From positions 248,001 through 271,458 of the forward strand of contig CT868009.1 in assembly GCA_000165425.1 (NCBI GenBank): 23,458 bases of DNA, read 5' to 3'. A program made the translations under genes and the position numbers. The notes beneath the pieces were generated by a model. The model was given only the letters and a program-made list of their open reading frames with translations. It had not been told where the DNA came from and made no database searches. Origin of the DNA: Paramecium tetraurelia. Lineage: Eukaryota. The stretch's first letter is position 1; every line of letters begins with the position of its first letter. Shown here piece by piece: positions 1 through 11,072 of this stretch.

Positions 1-1
1 A

Positions 2-3000
2 ATAATAAAACAGAATTAGAGAATTCGTAATGAACTCTATTAAAACCTAATTATTGTGGGATAATTTTTTTAAACTCTTATATGGATTTTAATAGCTATA
101 TATATTTTGGGAGAATAAAGAGAGGACTTGCAATTTAAAATATTTTATTATTTTAGTTTACCTACTATTTCACTACAATTCGATATTGAGTAGAGCATCA
201 TATAAAGCGTAACAATATTTTTTTCATTGGCTTTCTTTCTAGCAATATTATTTGGAGGAAATTAGAAATATTCAAAAAGGATTGTTGATTTCCTTTGGGA
301 TGCTTATCCAAATTTATGTTAAATCGTAATCATTCAAAATAGTGGGCATTGTCTACTAACTGATAAAATCAACTTCACATTGGGTGTCTTAAATATTTTT
401 ATGGCAATTGGGAATTCTCAATTAACCAGCCTATATTCATTTCAATAAAATCATACTCAAAAATTAATAAAATCTTATTTTGAAAGGAGCCTACATCCTC
501 TGTGTTATTCGGTATTGGCATTATTCGCAGGTCTACAAATAAGCAGCTTCTACATATCCTACTTATATTTAGGAGCATAATTAATTTTTGACCTTTATTT
601 TGGAATATTTTATTATGTGAAACCTCACATGCAATATTTAAATATTCAAACCTAAAGATTAGTTGTATTTGGCTCTTTTTTAAGATTCCCAGTGGTGCTG
701 TTTCTATTTTATTATCAGGGCAACAACATTTTATATTTTTCATTATTTTCTCTTCCATTTATGATATAGATACATCTAATACTGTGGGACAACAGATTTA
801 TGAACCTAATATACCAAACGAATAAGTTTTTCTAATACATTTGTCTTGATAAGTTTAGTGAGAGGGACAATCTGATCGAATGTTATATAGCATATTATTT
901 TGAAATTATTGATTATAAGAAGCCGTTTAACCGAGTTTTGATGCTGAGCATTTTTTGTAATCATATGAATATGTGTTAAAATCTCAAATGCTTTTGTTAA
1001 AATAGAAACTTTAACGAAAGAGTTAAAATAACAACCCAACTGGCAATGGATGTAAAGGATATTCAATAGCAAATAAATTATGCAGTTGTAGAACAAGATA
1101 TTTAAATGAGTTTTAAGGAGCTGATGTTGTTATTCCTGGATAATTATATCAAGAATGTCAGATATTCTGCCCTTGGAGAAGCTTTGATTTTAAAGTTAAG
1201 TTTATATGAAATTCAAAGCTTTTAACAGAGACTATTCTTAACAAAACTTAGGTTTTAATATCTGAAAATATACTATCATAAATTTCACCCTCAGTTTTTA
1301 GAGAGATGGGCTACTTGTACATAGGTTACTGAAAAATTACAACTTTACATAGGTGAGAGCAATAAATTGAATTTTAATCTTTCAATGTCAATGCAATATT
1401 TTCATTTGCTAGATAGAATACAAACAAATATATTTAGAGTTATCGAAGACAAAATACGTATATTGGAACTATTGAAAAGGAACTATCAAAATGCAGTTCC
1501 TTATCTTTTACATTAGTCTACTGAAAATTATTTTAATTAATGCGATGAACTTGAATAGTTAATATAATAATTAATTGAGCTTAATGGGATTTCATTTGAA
1601 GTCAGAGGATTATAAGATGAATTTTATTCGGAAATAAAGGTAGATTATGCTCGTAAGAATATCCATAAAAAGTCAACTATTCCTTTCATAAACTAAAATT
1701 AAACAGCATTCGTAATCTGCGATTATGAAGGAGACCTCATAATTAAGGACTATTCTAACAATTTTATCTCAATGATTGATGTAAGTTCATAAATAAAGGG
1801 AAGTGCTATTGAATCAATTGTTCCAGTTACCCTATAATAATATCATAGAATGGCTATCGCTTAAATGGTGAGCACAGGCCAAACAAAATTGGTTAATAAG
1901 GAATAATACAGTTTAATGGTGAAATCGGAGAAATATATTTTGGAAGTGGATGCCTTACTAAGATTTGATTATAGATAGTTAGAGCTATTAAGATTCATTG
2001 GATTCATTCAATTGCGTGATAAGGATAGTATTTTAATACTTGCTAACGAGAAAGGCAAGATTGATTCGTATTCTAGATCTGCTGGTGTATTGCTTAAACT
2101 AGATGAAATTGACAGCAGTCATCTGAATTATTTTTAATTATCTCCTTGTTTATTACAAGAGAAGATGGAATTTGAGTTTGATGGATTTTTATTAATTCCT
2201 AAAAGACATTTTAGGTCTGATATTTTGAGCTACATGAAACACTTTTTAGGATCTCCTGATGAATGTATTATATTCTTAGTTAATGGTTAACATCATAAGA
2301 AATGTTACACTTCTGTTACAATCTAATTGTTGAAAGTGAATTCTTCTTATTAATTAAAGGAACTTGATTTTAAATTGATTGCTTTAGATATAATGATGAG
2401 ATAGATTATGATATTAAAATAAGTCAGTAAATCTCAATATATGATGCCGACAGAATCAGTTCGAAAAATATAAACTTTTAAAAAGACTTTTAAGTTTCAA
2501 CAAACTCACACAATTGAATTGACTGAAGAAGAGTACAATTTGATTTATGAAGATGATTCAGAAAGAGAAATCTAAGTTTAAAATAAAAATCAGTGCATTC
2601 TTCCTGAATTCATCCCATCCTTAGATTCCATAAGAACACAAAATGAAAAATTGCTTCTCACTTTTGAATAATGTCGAGATTACCAATATAATTTAAGTAA
2701 AGATAAATCTTTTGAATAATAATAAAAACTTGATACTTTGGAAGGATCCAAGTCAGAGTAAGAAACATTAAGCAATCAAAAGAGGAATACTCATAAATTA
2801 ATAGAAATTGAATTGAATGCTGCAGAAGATCAAAATATAGAAGAATAACTATAAATTATATTAGCAACTGTCAAATCTAGATAGACACGTAAAGAATTTC
2901 TGGAAATGAAATATCAAATGAAAAATAAGCATAAAACTAGTACTTGGTATGGAAGTGGAAATCAATAAACTTAAAAAAAGCTTATTAGAAGCATAGTTCA

Positions 3001-4549
3001 ATAATTCTAAAATTCTTCCTTGAGTTTATTAATTTATATTAAAATAGCATCATGCTTTTTGGTTTTAATAAACGTTGGATTTATTCTAGGATTCGTAATC
3101 AATAGTATAATCAATATTGCTGGTATATAAATGGATTCAAACAATCAAACTTATCCTCTGATATTATTTCAAGATCTCAATTTAGTATTATTAGGTATTC
3201 AACTTGATGATTGGAATAAATCTTATTATGAAATAGCACAATCTTTTAGAATCTTAGGAGCTGAGTAATACTAAAATTTAAGTATTTATGTTAACGATGT
3301 TGAACTGGACTATCACACATTTCTGTAAGAACTTGATAGATAAACTATAATAGTTTAAGAAAATGGACTTCCAATTACCTATTTTACAAAGTACTTTCTA
3401 AAAAATTATATGGTTGAAAAACTTAGAACAATTGAAGAAGCTGTATCTGTTCCTGTGTTTGGAGAGGAAAGTCAATTTCTATTTGATAATTATCCTGAAT
3501 TAGCAAATCAATTATGGAATTTGAAAAATAAAACTACAAGAGATGTTGGTGAAAGAATAGATGAATTAAATTTAATGTCGTAATTATTGCTGATCCTTTC
3601 GATCTTATGTAATCTTATAGCAATACTGGTCTATTTAGCATTTCTAATTAGTGTTATATAGTGGAGGAATTAGCTTTATACAACCCTATTCTTATTTAAC
3701 AACCTTTAAACATAGATTACCCAATTATCAGATTCAATAAATCGTTAGATCTTCTAAATTTCAGGGACAAGAGGAGATGATGAAGAAAAAAATAAGAAAA
3801 TTAAGTTGATTTGGTAGATTTATGGAATTCTAACTTTTTTTCTTCTTTTGATTATCTCTTTAGGTGTGTACATACCTCTGTTCCTGTATATAGATTCTGT
3901 CAATTTATAATCTATCGATGTTAATCAACTCCAAACTGAACTCGCCATGATGCAATTAAAATAATCTGCTATTCTCACTTGGTTTGCTATCAACCAAACT
4001 GAGAACAAGTATAATACTAATTTAGTCCATAACACTTCTATCATCCAATATGTGATTAACTAATGCACTCCCTCTGAATAGTTTGTTCTATACGATCTTC
4101 CTTTTGATAGCAAATATGATTACTTTCCAGAAATTCAGCAGTATTCAACAATCTCGTTATGCAATTGTTCTTTATTACAAAATCAATTAAAGAATGGATA
4201 TTATGGATTTTAATCTTATGTCTCTTAACATTTATAAAGATTAAGAATAATTTGATGAAATCATGGATGCCTACAAAATTGTATTTGAATATCAAATAAA
4301 AAAAAAAAAAGAATTTGACGATTATATGCAGACTAGATTAAAAAATACTTAATAAACCTTATAAATCATCTTGGAGATAAGTGTGATAATTATCATTCTA
4401 ATTTAAACATTGATTCTAATTTTAATCCACGGACAAATTATTAAAATAATTAAATCTGCTAAAACTATTATATACTTATTTCCTCCTCAAATTTTAGCAA
4501 ATACTAAGATAGTACTTTATAAGTATTAATTTAAGGTAGCAATTAATGA
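2..4549 (+). CDS. Large multi-pass membrane protein with PAS-like domain (ciliate TmcB-like PAS/transmembrane family); 5' partial, apparent frameshift near 4220-4253, 3' end uncertain
   Basis: In the ciliate code one frame is open from 2 to the TGA at 4253-4255 (~1417 codons, no intron needed). It has several N-terminal hydrophobic segments, an H-x3-C-x4-C-x-C motif (962-997), a PAS-like stretch 'KGSAIESIVPVTLQQYHRMAIAQMVSTGQTKLVNK' (~1795-1900), and more TM helices near 3020-3110, 3580-3660 and 3810-3890. A final TM helix and 'KSAKTIIYLFPPQILANTKI' continue in another frame (4218-4511). Confidence 0.85.
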
Positions 4550-5217
4550 TTTAGTTTTATTTTTATTTATTATTTATTTAAAAATCTCTAAATTATAATA
4601 TAAAAAATAAAATTGCCTCATCCTTAAATTCAAGAATACCANNNNNNNNNNNNNNNNNNNNNNNNNNNNNNNNNNNNNNNNNNNNNNNNNNNNNNNNNNN
4701 NNNNNNNNNNNNNNNNNNNNNNNNNNNNNNNNNNNNNNNNNNNNNNNNNNNNNNNNNNNNNNNNNNNNNNNNNNNNNNNNNNNNNNNNNNNAGTACAATG
4801 GCTTCCATTTTAAGATAAACACCGACTAGTTAAATAATTTTAATTCATAATTAACAAATGTTTTTATCGTAATAATTTCAAAAAAGATCTACAAATTCAA
4901 AATTTCTAACAGAAGAATCATTAATTAATCATTTTTAAATTCTGAATTTACGAATTATATTCTACATGAACATTAATTATCAGAATTAAAACGTTATTAT
5001 CTATGACTTTTAAGGACCCAAGACATACATGCAAATCAATCTATAATATCACTATTAGAAACAATCATTAAATGAATAAGTAAATAAGAAATACAAGTTT
5101 AATTTTATCTTATAAATGCAAAATTTTTAGTTTGAGCTCATTAAATTTATGCAAATGCAGGGATTAATACCTATCAATATTATTATTATTTCTGTTTTTA
5201 ATTATTAATTAAATCTC

Positions 5218-5975
5218 ATGATGAGAAATGGACTTGAATAGATTTGTAATTAGGCAACTAATTTTTGGAAATAACAACTCTTTCCATAATAAAAACAGTT
5301 TGAAGAGGCCTCTACGAATATTGGTTCAAATATCCTTATTGATGACTCGATTTTTGAAGTTTCGGCTAAAAAAACCGAAGATTTTCTCTTTTCAGAAGCA
5401 CAAAAATAAAACTAGTCTAACGAAAAATGCGAAGAAGAATTTGTTTGTCATTAAATACAAAACTCTTAAAAACTTTATCTTGAGGAGAATAGTCAAAAGG
5501 AGAGGGATAGTTTTTCTTGTTCTGAAAGCTAAAATAGGAAAAAGGAAAAGAAAAAATCAAGAACTCGATCAAACAAATCAAGTAAACATTTATTTAAATT
5601 ACAAGCTAAATAAAGACTAACTATAAGCCAAGAGGCCTTTATTTTGGAGCAAACTAGAAAGGGAACTAACCCTGCAGACATTCCTTTATAAATTCCTGGC
5701 GTAGCATCCAATTAAATTAAGAATCGCTTGATGAAAAAACTAAAAAATTTTAGTAAAAATAACGAATTTTCATGCTCAAATATTGCTGATCTGATTGAGA
5801 GGATATAAAAACTATAACAGTATTTAACATAAATAAAGTTAGAGAGTAAGACAAAGATAACACGACTAAAATAGAAGAGTTAAGATAGCATATCTAAATG
5901 ATTGAGAATCACTTGAACTCAACAAAGCAGCTGATCTTATAAAAATACATGATTTTATTTCAACAAGAGCAATGA
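5218..5975 (+). CDS. Small protein (~236 aa) with one degenerate Myb/SANT-like helix-turn-helix and a C-terminal coiled coil
   Basis: ATG 5218; introns 5582-5605 (24 nt) and 5820-5842 (23 nt); TGA 5973-5975. Basic stretch 'RKKEKKKSRTR' is followed by 'LTISQEAFILEQTRKGTNPADIPLQIPGVASNQIKNRLMKKLK', which resembles the Myb PGRTxNxIKNR helix 3. Without the second intron the frame stops at 5899-5901. Confidence 0.7.
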
Positions 5976-6375
5976 AGAGATTTACTTTATTCAAATCATC
6001 AATAAAATTGGATTTGAGTATTATTCAAATCTCATACTATAATTAGCTTAAAAATACAAAACAATTCGTAAATAAAATAATATAAAATTATTGCAATTAT
6101 ATTAATTATATTATAAGTAATTGATAAGGAAAAATAATTAATTTTGCTTTCTTTATCTATAAAAAAATAATGGAATGATGCAAACTAAAATAAATGAATA
6201 AAGACTATTTTAATAAAATTATAACTAATATTCATTCTTGAAAAATGTATAAAATTAAGATATTAACATATTTATTGATTCTCCAAGTTTTGAAATTCTT
6301 CTAGTAAAAGATTTTTACCTTAAATTATATCTATATGTAAAATTGAGAAGAAATAATATACTAAAAAATATAATT

Positions 6376-9300
6376 ATGAATTAAGTGTGCAACTCAGAAA
6401 AATAGGAATCGAAAGATCCTTTTGAAAATTTTCAAGTAACTCAATAATTATATCAAGAATTTACAAAAAATTCATATGTTTGATGAAGCCCTGAATGAGA
6501 TTAATGAAGCTTTGAAGATAAATCCACTTTATTCATAGGCCTTAAACTTAATAGGTAGGAAAAACTAATACTTTTTGATAGCTGAGTTCTCAATAAAAGA
6601 TGAAGAACTATTCTAAGTAGAAGAGAGATTACAGGGAGTTATTTAACCAAATCCTCGAATAGAAGATGCTCATTTTAACAGATGTATATTATACATTACA
6701 TTTTAGCACTTTTTTTCAGAAAAAACAAAATTTACAATTTGACGCAAAATCAACTAAACCTAGATTTTAATGAGAGTACTAACCTAAAGAGTATAATTAT
6801 TTTAAGCAAATAGGCTTTTTAATGAAAAAATAAGAAAGTTTATTAGAAGCACTTGGAATATTTTAGAAAATCTTGGAGATACAGTATTTGAATTATCCTG
6901 CCCATTATTACAGAGGTAAAGGAAAAGCATGGATAATTAGGTTTGATTTTTCATGCTTTAGGAAAGCATATGGATGCTTTTTTAGAATTTAATTAGGCAG
7001 TAGAAATAAGGCCTACTTCCACTGAAGCTTTTTTTTAAAGAGCAGAATTGTTATTAGATATGAATAGGAACTTAGATGCCTTGGAAAATTATAACAAATC
7101 AATTGAAATTGATCCTAAAAGGGCCTAATCTTATAAACGAAGAGGTATTTTCTTATATTTAGGAAAGGTAAACTTCTAAAATAAATGGAGAATTATGAAG
7201 AGGCCATTATAAATTTCAATCAGGCAATTGAATTAAATTCAGGTTTTGCTAATAATTATGTGAATAGAGGTTTTAAATTATTCTATCCAAAGGATTGTTA
7301 TTTAAGGCTCTGAATGAAAAACAAAAAGCCCTTGAAGATTATGATTTAGCCATTTCTATCAACCCTAAATTTATCAAAGCCTACAAAAATAGAGGTAGTT
7401 TCTATTCTTTTTTTAGCCATCTTATTTCAAGAAATTAATTAAAATGATAAAGCATTAAGTGACCTCAATAAAATCTTAGAATTAAACCCAAAAGATATTT
7501 ATACTCATATTTAAAGAGGTAGAAATTAATTTAAATAAAGCTAATTTACTATAATTGCTTGGATGTACTGAGTAAGCTCTTTAAGATTACACAAAAGCAA
7601 TTGATATTAATCCAGATGAAACAGAGAATTATTGCAAACGAGGTAAAGAATTATTAATATTAAAGCTGATCTGTATAAGTAGTTAGGCTAGACTGATTTA
7701 GCAATGAAAGATTATGACAAAGTTTTAGAGATTAATCCAAAAAATTCAAATGGTTATTGGAATAAAGGTATTGACTTTCTTAATGGAAGCCATCATCTTC
7801 GAAGAATTGAAATAATATGAACCTGCAATTGCTTTTTTGACTGGGTTTATCTAATTAAATCCATTAGATGAGAATGCTTATATGAAAAGATGTAGATAAT
7901 TCATGTTTTATTATATTAGCCGATCTCTATAAATTGGTAAATCAACTTGATAAGGCATTAGATGATTAATAAAAGATAATAGAAATCAACCCAAAAAATG
8001 TACTTGCGTTATTAAATAGAGGTTCAAATTTGAATATTTTGCTGTAGCATTTCTTTTCAAGGAAATGAATGAAATCGAAAAAACATTTTAAGATCTAAAT
8101 AGAATTTTGGAGATTAAGCCAAATAACATCAATACTTATTTTATTAGAGGTAAAGTTTAATAGTAATTCAGGAAATTTGTACAAAGATCTAAATTAAGAT
8201 GATCAAGCTATTCAAAATTTTAGCAAGATAATTGAGATAGACCCAACTCATTTTATCGTTTTTTATAATCGAGGTTAGGCGTTTTTATATAAAATAAAAA
8301 GCAAAAATCTATCAAAAATTACAGCAGAATGATCTGGCACTTTAAGATTTAAATAAAGCAGTCGAACTCAACCCATAAATCACTTTTACTCTTATAGAAA
8401 GAGGTGGAAAATGATCCTATTTTAGGCATCCAACTTTTTAGTATGAACTAAAAAGATAAAGCATTAATTGATTATAACAGGCTCTGAAATAATCCGCAAT
8501 GCTGTGATGCTTACATTAAAAAAGGTATTTTATTCGAGCATTCATTTTAGGCATATTATTAGAATCTTTAGATTAAAAATAATAAGCCCTTGAAAATTAT
8601 AATCAAGCTATCGAGATTGATAAAAATAATTTTTTAGCTTATAATTATAGAGGTATATTATTGTTATCCAAGTAACTAAGCTGATTATTGGAATTCAATC
8701 GATGAGAAGGAGAAAGCAATTGCTGATTATGATTAAGCAATTTCATTAGACCCTAAAAATGCATTAACATATTTCAAAAGAGCTAAGCTGCTCTCAGCAG
8801 TCAACTAGAAAGATAAAGCTATAGAAGATTTCACAAAATCTTTACAAATTGATCCCGGATAGAGTTCAATTCTAATGTATCGAGGTAAATGATGAATTGT
8901 ATTTGAAGGGGATTTATTCAAAGAATAAAATTTAATTTCTTAGGCAATTCAAGATTATTCAGATGCTATTCAAATTTGTCCTAATCAAACACAGATATAT
9001 ATAAAGAGAGGTATTTAACCACCTTCAGTTTTAGGTAATATTTTACTCGATCCAGTGAAGGATTACAAAAAGGCTTTACAAGATTATAATTATGCAATCG
9101 AAATTGATTCAAATTGTTTTGAGGCTTTTTATTAGAGAGGTATTACTCTTTCTTAAATTAGCAATACTGAACAAATGCATTTATAGAAACGATCTTGCAA
9201 TTGCTGATTTCAACATATGTATTTAAATAAATCCAAAGAGCGAACTTGCATATATTTCTAAGGGTCATACTTAAATATTTATAATAGGTTTAATATTGAA

Positions 9301-11072
9301 CGAAATGAATAAGCCAGAATAGGCAGTAATAGAATACAATAAAGCCTTATTGATAAATCCAAATAATTTCAATATAACCCTAAAAAGAGGTATCATATAT
9401 TACAAAAAATTAAGCTTATGCTTATATTTTAATGAAACTTTACAAATAAGCTTTAAACGACTTCTCAACAGTGATCGAAATGTACCCAAATGAATCGAGT
9501 TATTATACTAGTAGAGGTTTATTGATTATGTATAATATAGCGAACCTATTGTTTAATATTGGTTAAAAGGAAGAAGCTTTAAAAGATTATAACAAAGCTA
9601 TAGAATTGAATCCTAAAGATGCAACCTATTATTATAATAGAGGTAGAATTGAATATAATTGAAGCCGTCTTTTACAATAAAGTTAATTTGAAGGAGATGT
9701 CACTTCAAGATTACAATATGACTATCGAACTAGATCCGAAAAATTATTCTGCTTACAATAACAGAGGTTAATAGATCCTATAACAATAGGCCTTTTACTT
9801 TAGAGTATTGGCAAGAAAGATGAGGCTCTATAAGATTTTTTAAATGCAATTAGACTATGTCCTGATCATCCTTTATATTTGGCAAACTTAGGAGATCAAT
9901 ATTATTCTGATCACTAATTTGAATTAGCTAATCAATATTATAAATAAGCATAAACCCAAATAGAATGTATCTCACTTTAAAAATTAAATTAATTAAGATT
10001 GAATATTGAGCATTTAAATTTTATTAAAACAAAAGTCTAATTAATAACCTAGATTGAAGATGAAATTAAAAAAATGAAAAAATAAATAGAATAATTGCCT
10101 AAGACAAGCTCAAACAATGAATAGATTAAAGAATGCTTAGAAAAAGTGTCAACTATAGAAAGGTCTTTATCTTATTCAGTTTTACCGTGCAATCAGGAAT
10201 AGCAAAGTGATGCACAACAAACGATAATTTCGTTTTATTAATAAATGTAGAAATAATTGAAAGAACTTTATGTCAAACTAGATTAATAGGATAAAGTTAT
10301 CAATTTATTAGTCTAGTAAGATTAGTTTAAAATAGAATAATAAATGAAAGAAATAAAACTACCATAAAATAAGCATCAATTTACATATTTCCGATCTTTG
10401 TTTTGGCATTTATATTATTACTTACATGCAATGTCAGAGATTTCTACTAATTTGTTTTAAGTGAATACAAATGCTATGATAGAAAGTTCATCTGAAAAAG
10501 TTATAAATCTTGTCAAAAAAACATTTAATATAGGAACGAAGGTTTTAGATAAAGTACATATCGCCGCACATGCATTTCATATTATTAATGAAGCATTAAA
10601 TATTGTAGTAGATCATAAAAGGGAGGAAAAGTTTAAAAAAAGATTAATGCTCTTAACTAATATATTAAAATTGTTTGCTATTACACCTACTGAATTAGAA
10701 AGAGAGGTCTAATTTACTGCCATTGAACTAAGTAGAACTTAGTAAACTGGGTTGAAAGAAAATTAAAATTCACGATTCATTGAATTTATTAAGAAATTGG
10801 CTGAGGAAGAAAGTATCTCAGAGGAGAAGAGCAAGGATATTTTTTGGAAGAAAGGAATTGAAGATACCTTCATTATTTTACGATATTTAGAAAAGTTTAA
10901 TTAAAAAATTATACAAGAAGATCAAAATAAAAAATTAAGTGAAGTATTTTTGGAAGCCATCAAATTCAATATAATTGAGGAAAGTAGCAAAAAACAAAAA
11001 GATCCATCATAAACATAAATGAAATAAAAAAAGCCTAAAAAAAAATTTTAAGAAGCATGTAATATTTAATGA
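6376..11072 (+). CDS. Large TPR-repeat protein (~1357 aa, ~26 TPRs) with coiled coil, unassigned C-terminal domain and CaaX tail; 26 introns; one in-frame TGA at 8485-8487 as assembled
   Basis: ATG 6376, TGA 11070-11072. Removing 26 GT-AG introns of 22-28 nt (first 6436-6457, last 9767-9789) yields repeats such as 'ANLLFNIGQKEEALKDYNKAIELNPKDATYYYNR'. The last exon (9790-11072) ends 'KQKKPKKKFQEACNIQ*'. Confidence 0.93.

Noticed and set aside
30..619. ATG at 30 as the start of gene 1
   Set aside because: That frame ends at a TGA near 617-619. The frame carrying the TM and PAS features is a different one and is open from the window edge.
399..1096. Minus-strand ORFs 399-758 and 806-1096 (also 4056-4295)
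   Set aside because: Antisense shadows of the long plus-strand membrane-protein frame; no recognisable motifs.
5228..5711. ORFs 5228-5620 (+) and 5529-5711 (-)
   Set aside because: Off-frame and antisense shadows of the Myb-like gene.
6900..9790. ~125-nt periodicity with recurring 'agaggta' as a CRISPR-like or non-coding array
   Set aside because: Fully explained by 102-nt TPR exons plus 22-28 nt introns; there are no identical direct repeats.
10461..10712. 83-aa ORF as a standalone gene (likewise 17498-17713)
   Set aside because: Internal fragments of larger genes, cut at TAA codons that encode Gln.
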